A stretch of DNA of 64,000 nucleotides, taken from Myxococcota bacterium. Its GTDB lineage: Bacteria > Myxococcota_A > Polyangia > Nannocystales > Nannocystaceae. The position numbers and the translations under genes are program-made. The notes under the pieces are model-generated. The model did no database searches and had not been told where the DNA came from. It was given only the letters and a program-made list of their open reading frames with translations. The stretch lies in NCBI GenBank assembly GCA_039028615.1, contig JBCCHT010000025.1, positions 128,001-192,000 of the forward strand, read 5' to 3'. The stretch's first letter is position 1, and every line of letters begins with the position of its first letter. Below, in pieces: positions 8,916-18,177 of the stretch.

Positions 8916-11900
8916 ATGGCGTCCCAGGAACGAGACGACGAATCCAGCGAGCTCGGGAGCAAGACCCGAGACGCCCGCGAGCCGAATACTCGCGAGGATG
9001 GGCTCACGCCCGAGCCGGCCTCCGAACCCCGAGGCGGACGCGGCCAGCGACGCCTCGAAGACCTGGTCCTGCAGCAGCTATTCGACGTGGAACCCGAGGC
9101 GGAGACCATCGGGCGCTACCGCGTGCTCGAGCGCATCGGCCAGGGGGGCATGGGCACCGTGTTCTCCGCCTACGACGAGGGTCTCGATCGCAAGGTGGCG
9201 ATCAAGGTGCTCGACTCGCCGGGTGAGAACACGGCCGCCTCGGCCCGACTGCAGCGCGAAGCCCAGGCGCTCGCCCGCCTCTCCCATCCCAACGTCGTGA
9301 CGGTGCACGAGGTCGGCGAAGCCGATGGCGAGCTGTTCGTGGTGATGGAGTTCCTGCGCGGCCAGAGTCTCGACGCGTGGATCCACGAGCGTCCCGCGTG
9401 GCCCGAGGTGCTCGAGGTCTTCGCCCAGGCCGGTCGCGGGATCGTGGCCGCCCACGCGGCAGGACTGGTGCACCGCGATCTCAAGCCCCACAACATCATG
9501 CGCACCGACGACGGCGCGGTGAAGGTGCTCGACTTCGGGCTCGCCCGGGCCGACGACACGCACACCGACGACGACGTCGAAGGCCCCTCGGAGCCCGCGT
9601 CCTTCGATGCCCAGCTCACCCGCACGGGCGCGCTGCTGGGCACCCCCGCGTATATGGCCCCGGAGCAGCATCGCGGGGAGCCGGCCGACACTCGGACCGA
9701 TCAATACGGCTTTTGTGCTGCCCTGCATCACGTGCTCTACGGGCGGCTGCCCTTCGCGGCCGACACGATGCAGGTGCTGGTCGCCAAGATCCTCGCCAAC
9801 CGCATCGACCCGCCGCCCAGCGATTCCCAGGTGCCCTCGTGGCTGGCCCGCGTCGTCCGCAAAGGACTGAGCGCTGCACCGGACGAGCGCTGGCCCTCGA
9901 TGCAGGCCCTGCTCGATGCGCTCGCGCGCGACCCCGCGAAGATCCGCCGTCGTCGGCTGACCATCGCGGGGCTGGGGCTCGCCGCGGTGCTCAGCGGCTA
10001 CGGGCTGTCGGAGCTGCGCACCGAGGCGGCCAACGCCTGCCCGAGTCCCCAGGACGAGCGCGAGCTTCTGTGGTCCGCCGCGCGCCGCGAGTCCGTGCAG
10101 GCGGCGTTCACCGAGGCCAACCCCCGGCGGGGCGCCGACACGCTGTCGCGCACGGCCGAGCCGATCGCGACCTATGTCGATGCGATGGGGCAGATGCGCA
10201 CCGAGGCCTGCGAGGCTCGCCGTGAGGGCGGGCAATCCGAGCGCCTCTTCGGCCTGCGCACCGCGTGCCTCGACATCCGTCGGGCGGGCGTCGATCAGCT
10301 GCTCGAGCGGTTCGAGCACGCCGACGCGGCCGCCGTCGACAATGCCGCCTGGGCCGTCGCCAGCCTTCCCCGCGTGGAGCCTTGCGGCGACGTCGAGGCG
10401 CTGCTGGCCTCGGTGCCTCCGCCCGACGATCCCGAGACCGCCGAGCAGGTGCAGCTGCTACGCGAGACGCTGGCCAGCGCCCGCTCGATGGGCCTGGCGG
10501 GCGCCTACGACGATGCGCTCTCACGGGCGAAGTCCGCGGTCGAAACCGCCGAGCGCTTGGACTACGGCCCGGCGATCGCCGAAGCCCAGCTGCGTCACGG
10601 CGACATCCTGCGCGAGGCCAACGATCACACGGCCGCCTACGACGTGCTCTCGCGCGCGATTCGATCGGCACTGGGCGCCATGCACTACGAGGCCGCGGCC
10701 GAGGCCGTGGCGCTTCGCAACTGGATCGAGGCCGACCGCCTCGATCGCCCGAAGCAAGCCTTGGCCACCGACGAGATCGCCGATGGCATGCTCGAGGCGA
10801 TCGGGCGACCGCCCCGGCTCCAGTGGTTGCTGCTCAACAACCGCGCCGTCGCTCAGGCCCGCGATGGTCGGCTCGTCGAGGCGGAGCGCTCCTATCGCGC
10901 CGCCCTCGAGGCCGCCCGGGCCCCCGGTGAAGGAGCGCTGCCGGTCGAGGTCATCTCAACGCTGGCCAACCTCGCCATCCTGCAGTCGGAGGGACTGGGG
11001 CGACCGGGTGCCGCCGCCAAGGAACTCCGCTCGGCCCGCGAACGGGCGGTGGCGCTGCTGGGCCCCGAAAACCCCCGGGTCTTCGCCCTGACCTCCATGC
11101 TCGCCGAGTTCCTCGGCGCCGCGGGTCGCCCCCAACAGGCGCAACAGCAGCTGGAGCTCGCGCGCCAGCATGTGCCGCCCGATGCCTATAGCCGGGTCCA
11201 GCTGCAGATCGACGCCGCCCAGCTCGCTCACCAGCGTCGTGACTACGAGGCCTCGCTGCGCAACGCCGAGTCTGCGCTCACCCTCGCCCGGCAACAGCTC
11301 GCCGACGACTCCTTGGTCTCCGTCGCGCTGTGGCGACGCGGCAGCGCTCGGGTAGAACTCGGCCAGACCGACGCGGGGCTCCAGGATCTCGAGGACGCGG
11401 TCGCGCGGGAGCTGAAGCGCTCGGGCCCCGACAGCGAGAGCGTCGCGCTGGCTCGGACCTTTGCCGGACTGGGTCTGCAGCGCCTCGGTCGAACCGACGA
11501 AGCGATCGCCCAGCTGGAGCAGGCACTGGAGATCACGGTCGCGCTGGGACCCAGCGCGCAGCCGGCCGTGGGGCGTCGCTTCTTCGACCTCGGGGACGCG
11601 TACCTGCAGAAGGGCTCGCTGTCGAAGGCCTCTGCGCTCCTCGGTCGCATCGCCGAGGCTCAGGACGCCGCGGGCTTCGCCGCCGACAGCATCTATCGAC
11701 TGCAGCTCGACCTGCAGCGAGGCGCGCTCGCGGCCGCCCGAGGGGAGACCGCCGCCGCCCGGACGATCTACCAGCGGGTGTGCCCGCGGCTGGCCGCCCG
11801 GGTCGAGCCCGACACGCCCGACCTCGTCTCCTGCCGCCAGGCACTCGCGCGACTCACGGACGACACGTCGCCAGCGAATTCCGGCGCGGAGCCGGGCTGA
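8916..11900 (+). CDS. Membrane Ser/Thr protein kinase with TPR repeats
   Basis: IGQGGMG, VAIK, HRDLKPHN, DFG, GTPAYMAPE; TM helix; Cys-containing domain; TPR repeats. Confidence 0.95.
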   Translation: MASQERDDESSELGSKTRDAREPNTREDGLTPEPASEPRGGRGQRRLEDLVLQQLFDVEPEAETIGRYRVLERIGQGGMGTVFSAYDEGLDRKVAIKVLDSPGENTAASARLQREAQALARLSHPNVVTVHEVGEADGELFVVMEFLRGQSLDAWIHERPAWPEVLEVFAQAGRGIVAAHAAGLVHRDLKPHNIMRTDDGAVKVLDFGLARADDTHTDDDVEGPSEPASFDAQLTRTGALLGTPAYMAPEQHRGEPADTRTDQYGFCAALHHVLYGRLPFAADTMQVLVAKILANRIDPPPSDSQVPSWLARVVRKGLSAAPDERWPSMQALLDALARDPAKIRRRRLTIAGLGLAAVLSGYGLSELRTEAANACPSPQDERELLWSAARRESVQAAFTEANPRRGADTLSRTAEPIATYVDAMGQMRTEACEARREGGQSERLFGLRTACLDIRRAGVDQLLERFEHADAAAVDNAAWAVASLPRVEPCGDVEALLASVPPPDDPETAEQVQLLRETLASARSMGLAGAYDDALSRAKSAVETAERLDYGPAIAEAQLRHGDILREANDHTAAYDVLSRAIRSALGAMHYEAAAEAVALRNWIEADRLDRPKQALATDEIADGMLEAIGRPPRLQWLLLNNRAVAQARDGRLVEAERSYRAALEAARAPGEGALPVEVISTLANLAILQSEGLGRPGAAAKELRSARERAVALLGPENPRVFALTSMLAEFLGAAGRPQQAQQQLELARQHVPPDAYSRVQLQIDAAQLAHQRRDYEASLRNAESALTLARQQLADDSLVSVALWRRGSARVELGQTDAGLQDLEDAVARELKRSGPDSESVALARTFAGLGLQRLGRTDEAIAQLEQALEITVALGPSAQPAVGRRFFDLGDAYLQKGSLSKASALLGRIAEAQDAAGFAADSIYRLQLDLQRGALAAARGETAAARTIYQRVCPRLAARVEPDTPDLVSCRQALARLTDDTSPANSGAEPG

Positions 11901-11909
11901 AGCTCGATT

Positions 11910-11948
11910 CTTCTCGAGCTGCACTTTTTTTTCGACGACCGCGAATAG
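11910..11948 (+). promoter_or_regulatory. Candidate ECF-type promoter for the RTX lipoprotein
   Basis: CTTCTCGAGCTGCACTTTTTTTTCGACGACCGCGAATAG, similar to the 8750-8791 element. Confidence 0.4.
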
Positions 11949-12105
11949 TCCCGATGGGGGCGGTCATTCCCCTTGTGAGCGCTGGACAGCGACGCGGGCC
12001 CCGAACCGACAGCGGGCACGAAGCTGGCCACGAACATGACCCTCCGCGGACCCGAGCGAGCACGCTCGAACGGCCCTCCGCATATCAGGACGAAAGCAAT
12101 CAGCT

Positions 12106-13461
12106 ATGAACACGCACACCCGTATCTTCCGCGCCCTTTCCCTCCCCAACCGTCGTCGTGGCCTCGGCCTCGGCTTGGCGGCCCTCACCGGCCTGTCCAT
12201 GCCCGCCTGTGATGCCCCCGAGGACGGCGAGTTCGCCGAGCTGACCGAAGAGGACAGCGACGGCAGCGAGTCCGATGCCGTGCCCCAGCTCGATGATGCC
12301 GAGCTCGTGGTCGAGCAGACCCCCGTCGCCCTCACGACAGTCGACATCAATGCCAGCACCTACGGCACCAACCTCGAGCTGACCATGTCGGGCAGCAACG
12401 TGCTCGTCCTCAACCGCAGCACCGGAGCCCAGCTCGCCTCCATCAACGTCAGCGGCGTCGACCGAATCGTCTACACTGGCACCAGCGGCGACGATACCCT
12501 CGTGGCCACCACCGTGACCGTGGCCATCGAAGCCTGGGGCAAGAAGGGCGACGACTACATCCGAACCGGCATGGCCGCGGACAAGATCTACGGTGGCAAC
12601 GGGGCCGACACCCTGCTCGGCAGCCAGGGCAACGACTACGTCTTCGGTGGCCCGGGCGAAGACACCCTCTACGGTGGAAACGGGGCAGACGTCCTCGAGG
12701 GCTCCAAGGGCGAGGACGTCCTCTACGGGCAGAATGGCAACGATATTCTCTTCGCTCACAAGATCAACGACACCAGCGACACGTGGGACGACACGCTCGA
12801 CGGCGGTAGCGGAACCGACTTCATGTGGATCGACTCCGGCGACAGCTCGACGAACGTCGAGAACGACCGCTCGAACGCCATCATCTCCATCCCCCACCTG
12901 TGGTGCACCGTTTACGGCGACGAGCTCGTCACGATGAAGAGCCGGTCGTCCGGCGAGTTCGCCAGCGCGGACAACGAGACGACCAACCTGGTCGGGGTGT
13001 ACCTCAAGACCGAGCCCTCGGCGGGCACTTCGGAGAAGTTCTACGCCCACTGCGACATGAGCGACACCTACCCGTACAAGCTGTTCTACCAGCGCTCGGG
13101 CTACGGCTTCGGCGACATTTGGGCCGCGAGCTGGGGTCCCTGGTGGGGCAACGACGAGATCGCCGATGGTATCTACGCCGGGCCCAACGGCAACCTCGAC
13201 GTGTCGGCCGACCACACCTTCGAACACCACCGCAACATTCTCGAGGGCATCTACCTCAGCGACAGCCTGGAGGACGCCATGGACGGCTACACGGGCAGCG
13301 GCCAACTCCCCTTCTACGACGGCGCCACCGCGAGCTGGACCTTCGGCTCCGACGATGAAACCGGGATCTGGAAGGTCGGAAACCCCTACATCACCTACGA
13401 CGCCGACGGCGTCGTCACCAACGAGAACCTGTTCCAGGTCACCCGCGTCGCGACCTGGTAG
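12106..13461 (+). CDS. Lipoprotein with RTX/hemolysin-type Ca-binding repeats
   Basis: Lipobox MPAC; tandem GGxGxDxL nonapeptides (GGNGADTLL, GGPGEDTLY, GQNGNDILF). Confidence 0.88.
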   Translation: MNTHTRIFRALSLPNRRRGLGLGLAALTGLSMPACDAPEDGEFAELTEEDSDGSESDAVPQLDDAELVVEQTPVALTTVDINASTYGTNLELTMSGSNVLVLNRSTGAQLASINVSGVDRIVYTGTSGDDTLVATTVTVAIEAWGKKGDDYIRTGMAADKIYGGNGADTLLGSQGNDYVFGGPGEDTLYGGNGADVLEGSKGEDVLYGQNGNDILFAHKINDTSDTWDDTLDGGSGTDFMWIDSGDSSTNVENDRSNAIISIPHLWCTVYGDELVTMKSRSSGEFASADNETTNLVGVYLKTEPSAGTSEKFYAHCDMSDTYPYKLFYQRSGYGFGDIWAASWGPWWGNDEIADGIYAGPNGNLDVSADHTFEHHRNILEGIYLSDSLEDAMDGYTGSGQLPFYDGATASWTFGSDDETGIWKVGNPYITYDADGVVTNENLFQVTRVATW

Positions 13462-13493
13462 TTCACTGAACCGAGGTCTCCCGACCTCGAACG

Positions 13494-13530
13494 AGACCGC
13501 CCGCCGCCGAGAGGTTGCGGGCGGTCTTTC
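13494..13530. terminator. Intrinsic terminator hairpin between convergent genes
   Basis: 11-bp stem AGACCGCCCGC/GCGGGCGGTCT followed by TTC; a second small hairpin lies at 13472-13489. Confidence 0.65.
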
Positions 13531-13539
13531 GTTGGGCGC

Positions 13540-14658
13540 TCAGGCCGATTTTTTGAGCAGCCTCTCCAGGCCGGCCTTGCGGAGCCGGGCGATGAACTCC
13601 TCGCGACTGTTCCCCACCGCCCGCGCCGCCGTGAGGAGGTCCCAGTCGACGGCCACCAACGTCGACAGCAGCAGGCCGCGGCGGGACTGGGCCGCGGACA
13701 GGCGCGCCGTCTTGAGAAACGCCAGCTGGCCCTGGTCGTCGAGGATCACCTCGCCCACGTGGTTGACGTCCTGGCGACGAAAGGTGGGCCGAAACCGCAT
13801 CAGGCGATAGCGATCCATGGAGTGGAGCTGCTGCATCTCGTAGTCGGCGTCGAGCAGGTCGCTGGCCATGAACGCGGCGAAGCGATTCCACTCGCGTCGC
13901 AGCCCGCCGACCGCCTGCTCGAGATCGTCGAAGGAGCGCACCGATGCGGCATCGATGGGGCTCCACAGCGCCGCCGTCTCGGGATAGAGCACCGCGTACT
14001 GCACGAGCAGGTCGGCGACCATGTCCTCGAGCATCGTGCGGTGCAAACGGCGGTAGTCCTCGGGCCGCGGCGTGATGAAGGCAGTGGAGAACGCATCGGC
14101 CACGAAGACGAGCGAGCCGACCTGGCCGGGACACAGCTCGAACACCCGCAGGGCATCGGCGAACCCGCGCAGGTCGAAGGCCCGAGAGACCCACTCGCTG
14201 CGCGGCGACAGCCCCCACGACAGCACCTCGCGGGTGTACTCGGGCCAGACCACGTTGGGACCGGTGAAGCCGACGCTGAGGTAGGCATCCATGCCCATGT
14301 GCTGGGGCAGCAGGCGAAGCTGCCCCCGCCCGATGCGCCGAGACAGCCGCTGCATGACCTTCACGTCGAAGACGTCCCGCGGCTTGGCCTTGCGCGGCAG
14401 CAGACGGGACCCGAGGTTCGCCCAGGGCTCCCCGTCGTCGAGTGCGGCCACCATCGCGTGCGGGATATACGAGGTGTAGGCCGTGCGTCGATCGAGCTGG
14501 ACCGTGGTCAGGTCGGCCGCAGTGGGCAGCGAGTAGAGCCGCAGGTCCTCGATGGGCGTCTCGCGGAGCAAGGGTACGATCCGCACCGCGCCGAAGACCT
14601 GCGAAGGCGCCGCCACGAGCCCCTCGAAGCTCAGCCGTCGTCGCTCGAAGCGTTTCAT
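13540..14658 (-). CDS. ARPP-2-like domain protein (family recalled, unverified)
   Basis: APSQVFGAVRIVPLLR..DLRL, YIPH, RLLPQH, GLSPRSE, ALRVFE..PGQVG, HRTMLED, FLKTARLSAAQ; ATGA-coupled to the upstream vWA gene. Confidence 0.65.
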   Translation of the reverse strand: MKRFERRRLSFEGLVAAPSQVFGAVRIVPLLRETPIEDLRLYSLPTAADLTTVQLDRRTAYTSYIPHAMVAALDDGEPWANLGSRLLPRKAKPRDVFDVKVMQRLSRRIGRGQLRLLPQHMGMDAYLSVGFTGPNVVWPEYTREVLSWGLSPRSEWVSRAFDLRGFADALRVFELCPGQVGSLVFVADAFSTAFITPRPEDYRRLHRTMLEDMVADLLVQYAVLYPETAALWSPIDAASVRSFDDLEQAVGGLRREWNRFAAFMASDLLDADYEMQQLHSMDRYRLMRFRPTFRRQDVNHVGEVILDDQGQLAFLKTARLSAAQSRRGLLLSTLVAVDWDLLTAARAVGNSREEFIARLRKAGLERLLKKSA

Positions 14659-16181
14659 CGGCGGCCTCCCGATGCGTCGTGCACGAGCGCCTGCACCCGT
14701 CCGTGGAGAAAATCCTGGAGTCCCGCGAGCGCCCCGTCGTCGGCGGCGAAGCGGGCAAACTCGAGCATGACCGGCAGGTCTTCGGCGTCACGCACCCCGA
14801 TGGTGGGAATGCGGGGCGTGAGCGTGCGCGGAGAGAAGTCGTCGGCATCGAAGACGGGGTTGGCGTGCACCACCACCGTCTCGCCGCCGGGATCGAGCGA
14901 TTGCCGAAACACCCGCAGCACCTCCCCGGCCGCACCGGGCGGGTCGTTGTCGAAGCCGTCGGAGAGCACCACCAACAACGAAGGCCGCTGGCGAAGCGCG
15001 CGAATCAGCGGCGACGCGAGATCGGTCGACCCCTGCGGCACCACGTGGAGCGACGAGTCGGGCAGGTCCGGGTCCAGCGGCGGGGGATGGGTCCACTCGG
15101 CCCGATAGTCCTGGGCGGCCGCGCGCAGCAGGTAGTGCCCGGCCAGGGTCACCGCGAGCGGGCGACGACGCTTCTCGGACGAGCCCGACATCGAGTAGCT
15201 GTTGTCGAGCACCGCGGTCACCGAGCCCAGGGAAAAGCGCTGCTGCTGCACCACCCGCTGCGCCGCGCGGGTCAACGCCGCATGAAGCTCGGGGCCCCGA
15301 GTCCGACGCTCTTCGGCCGATCGCGTGACCACCCAGCTGCACAAGCGCGTCAGCGGCAAGGCATCGAGGTCGACCTCCACCTCCACGCCCTCGCGCGCCG
15401 TGCTCTGCTGCAGACGCAGGCGCTCTCGCTTGGTCATGCGCGGCTCGATGCCCTTCAAGAAGGTCACCCGATCGATGCCGTGCGTCCCGGCGAAGCCCTC
15501 CGCCACCGTATAGGGCAGCTCGTAGATCGCCCGCGTGTCGTAGTGCGCCCGGCGATAGGCGTCGAGCAGCGAGTGCTCGTAGGCCCAGCCCTTCTTTCGA
15601 CCCTGCCGCTCGCCGAACAAGAAGCGCCCGAGCTCGGCGGGCAGCTTCATGTGGCAGTGCCGCACCGCGGCCCGCAGCGCCGTGCGGTACTTGACCGCGT
15701 CGAAGTTCAGGTCGCCACGCTCGCTCAGCCACTGCTTCACGATCGCCCGCGTGCGCCGATTGTTGACCCGGCGAGCCACCAGCGTGCGAAACAAGCGATA
15801 GGCCTGAGGCGGCGGCAAGCGTCGCAGCGCCGCCGAACACAGGCGCCCCTCTTCGCGCCACGCCTCGCCCGAGACCTCGCGGCTCGACGCCAGCAGGTTC
15901 ACGATGACCTTGGCCGTGTTGTAGTGGTTGAGCCCTACCGCGAGCGAGCGGGCGTACAGCCGACGGTAGTTGCCGCGGATATACTCGTGCAGGAACTCGA
16001 TGGAGATCGCCTGCCCGTCGGCACTGCCGTAGAACTCGCGCTGCCCCGTGCTCGAGAACGCCGCGTTGACGAACGTGACCAGGTCCTCGCGCTCGACTCG
16101 AGAGGCCGCGCGCGCCGAGCCGCCCTTGGGCAGTCGGTCGTGATCGGGTACTTGGGTGCGAGGCGGGCTCTGGGTCGTCAT
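14655..16181 (-). CDS. TROVE/Ro60-like helical protein with a C-terminal vWA (MIDAS) domain
   Basis: N-terminal EDLVTFVNAAFSSTGQREFY resembles the TROVE start; basic helical core; AVLDNSYS (DxSxS), G-S-T-DL, VVLSDG. Confidence 0.7.
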   Translation of the reverse strand: MTTQSPPRTQVPDHDRLPKGGSARAASRVEREDLVTFVNAAFSSTGQREFYGSADGQAISIEFLHEYIRGNYRRLYARSLAVGLNHYNTAKVIVNLLASSREVSGEAWREEGRLCSAALRRLPPPQAYRLFRTLVARRVNNRRTRAIVKQWLSERGDLNFDAVKYRTALRAAVRHCHMKLPAELGRFLFGERQGRKKGWAYEHSLLDAYRRAHYDTRAIYELPYTVAEGFAGTHGIDRVTFLKGIEPRMTKRERLRLQQSTAREGVEVEVDLDALPLTRLCSWVVTRSAEERRTRGPELHAALTRAAQRVVQQQRFSLGSVTAVLDNSYSMSGSSEKRRRPLAVTLAGHYLLRAAAQDYRAEWTHPPPLDPDLPDSSLHVVPQGSTDLASPLIRALRQRPSLLVVLSDGFDNDPPGAAGEVLRVFRQSLDPGGETVVVHANPVFDADDFSPRTLTPRIPTIGVRDAEDLPVMLEFARFAADDGALAGLQDFLHGRVQALVHDASGGRR

Positions 16182-16246
16182 CGGAAGTCACCGAAGGGGT
16201 GGCTCGACGACGATTCGAGCACGAGTTGGAAGAAGCGCCGGCCGGG

Positions 16247-16310
16247 GCGAGAAAGCGCGGATCACGTCAACGCGTCCAATCGAGTTCGGAAATCCGCACC
16301 GAAGTCCCGC
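16247..16310 (-). ncRNA. Candidate structured RNA (Y-RNA-like hairpin) upstream of the TROVE-like gene
   Basis: GCGGGA-CUUC-GGUGCGGAU...AUCCGCGCU-U-UCUCGC bulged stem enclosing UUCCGAACUCGAUUGGACGCGUUGACGUG. Confidence 0.45.
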
Positions 16311-16335
16311 AGCCGACCTCTTTGGCTTAACACGC

Positions 16336-17502
16336 CTACCGATGCGAGGCCAGCCAGGTCGCCCACTTTTCATAGTCGTCGACCGCCCACTCCTGCTCAC
16401 TCGCCCAGAACATCGCCCCCCACACCCGGGCGCGGATCGTGGCGTCCTCGCCCCGCAGCGCCCCCATGACGATCGCCTCCCAGGCCTCGCGATCGGCGAT
16501 GACCTCCTGACGAATGCGTCGGTACTTGTCGAGGTCCTCCTCGCCCACGCCCATGCCTTCGTCGGAGATCAGCATCTGCAGTGCCACCAACACGGCGTGC
16601 TGACGCTCCCACCACACCGTCGACTCGGTCATCTCGCGCAGGGCCGCGGCGTCGGCAAAGGGGTTGGCGCTCTCTCGCTCGGGGATGCCGAAGTGGTAGA
16701 TCTCGCCGCTCATCGCCTCGGACACGGAGCGCTTGGCATCCATGGTCACCGTGCCGGTTTGGCGATCCCAGGTGAAGTACCAGAAGCGACCGGGGCAGCC
16801 CGACGGGCAGTCGTCGCCCTCGCCGTACTCGAACACGACATGGGTGACCTCGGGTCGCTGCACGAGATAGGGCCGAGTCCCGCCGTCCATGGTGGGCATG
16901 TCCATCGCGGAGAAGGCCTTGTCCACGCCCTCGACCTCGAGCAACGCTTCGACCAGGTTCTCGTGGTCGAACTGCCCTTCGAAGTGCGCGGTGAGGCCCA
17001 AGAACGTGCTGACCTCGGTGTGGTGAACACCCAGCCGCTCGAGCGCCTGGTCGAGCGGCGCGTAGCCGAGCGGCTCGGGCAGGGCGGCACCGCGGCACTT
17101 CATCTGCTCCTCGAAATCCGAGGACTCGCCGATGGGCAGCCCCGTCGCCGCGACCGCCTGCGGAGAGAGCTGGAGCTCGATCTCCGGGTAGTGCGCGGCC
17201 ATGATCGCGAAGGAGCGGAAGTCGATCTCGGGCTCGAGCTGGTGAATCTGCTCGACCGCTTTCAGGGCCCCGGCCATCGCCTCGTCGGAGATGCGGATGT
17301 CCTCGGAGAGCCCCTGCAACATATAGAGCGCGGTGCGTTCCTCGATGAAGGGCTTGCGCGTAAGCGTGCTGGGCAGCTCCGAGGCCTGAGCGTGCCGGAC
17401 CGGGCTCCCGCACTCTTCAGCCCTTCGCGGGGACGAATGCGCGCAGGCGATTCCCATCGCACCGAGCACCAGGACATGAACAAGGCCGCGTGATTGCATC
17501 AT
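16336..17502 (-). CDS. Hypothetical lipoprotein
   Basis: Lipobox GIAC; GDDCPSGC motif; GC3-biased codons. Confidence 0.7.
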   Translation of the reverse strand: MMQSRGLVHVLVLGAMGIACAHSSPRRAEECGSPVRHAQASELPSTLTRKPFIEERTALYMLQGLSEDIRISDEAMAGALKAVEQIHQLEPEIDFRSFAIMAAHYPEIELQLSPQAVAATGLPIGESSDFEEQMKCRGAALPEPLGYAPLDQALERLGVHHTEVSTFLGLTAHFEGQFDHENLVEALLEVEGVDKAFSAMDMPTMDGGTRPYLVQRPEVTHVVFEYGEGDDCPSGCPGRFWYFTWDRQTGTVTMDAKRSVSEAMSGEIYHFGIPERESANPFADAAALREMTESTVWWERQHAVLVALQMLISDEGMGVGEEDLDKYRRIRQEVIADREAWEAIVMGALRGEDATIRARVWGAMFWASEQEWAVDDYEKWATWLASHR

Positions 17503-17584
17503 GTCCGGGCTCGCTGGGACCGCATACCTAGCAGTACCAGATCCGCCCGGCCGTGCAACCGCCGCGGCCCCTTGCCGAGCGACT

Positions 17585-17974
17585 TCAGAACTCGTCGGCG
17601 ATGCTGATGAAGCGCAGGTTGTTCGAGACCGCCTTGCCGATCTTGAACGAGCCGCCGTCGATGAAGCTGTTCGTATCGCGGAAGGCGTCGTTATAGATGG
17701 CCGTCCACATCAGACCGCGGGGCTTGCCGTCACGGCGACCGGGGACGTCGGTGCCCGAGGTGAGCTTGATGCTGCCGCCCTGCGTCCCCATCCACGTTCC
17801 CAGCGACGACCAATACGCTCGAAAGGCATCGACACTCGGCTCACCGAGCACCTCTCTCACCCGGAGCTCGGTCGGATCGTCGAGCAATTCATCCAGTTGT
17901 GCTTCCGACATCACCGCGAACCTCACGAGTTCGATCCGCATCCGCTCCGCGAGCTGTTGATCTGAGAACGACAT
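17585..17974 (-). CDS. Hypothetical protein (129 aa)
   Basis: Protein-like composition, less GC-biased than its neighbours; ATG at 17974. Confidence 0.55.
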   Translation of the reverse strand: MSFSDQQLAERMRIELVRFAVMSEAQLDELLDDPTELRVREVLGEPSVDAFRAYWSSLGTWMGTQGGSIKLTSGTDVPGRRDGKPRGLMWTAIYNDAFRDTNSFIDGGSFKIGKAVSNNLRFISIADEF

Positions 17975-18177
17975 TGCCCCGGCGTACGCGGCACGCCGCG
18001 ATCCGTTACGAACATTTCGAGGGTGACGACACGCGAATCCGAGCAACCGGAGGCCCGCGCTCATGGCCCTAGAACTGCTCTAAACCCGCGAATTCGACCA
18101 GTCGTCGGTTTTCGGTGGTCCACTGGGGCTCGAGATGACTCCAACAACTGGCAGAGGTCCGTCGCATTGACGACGAG

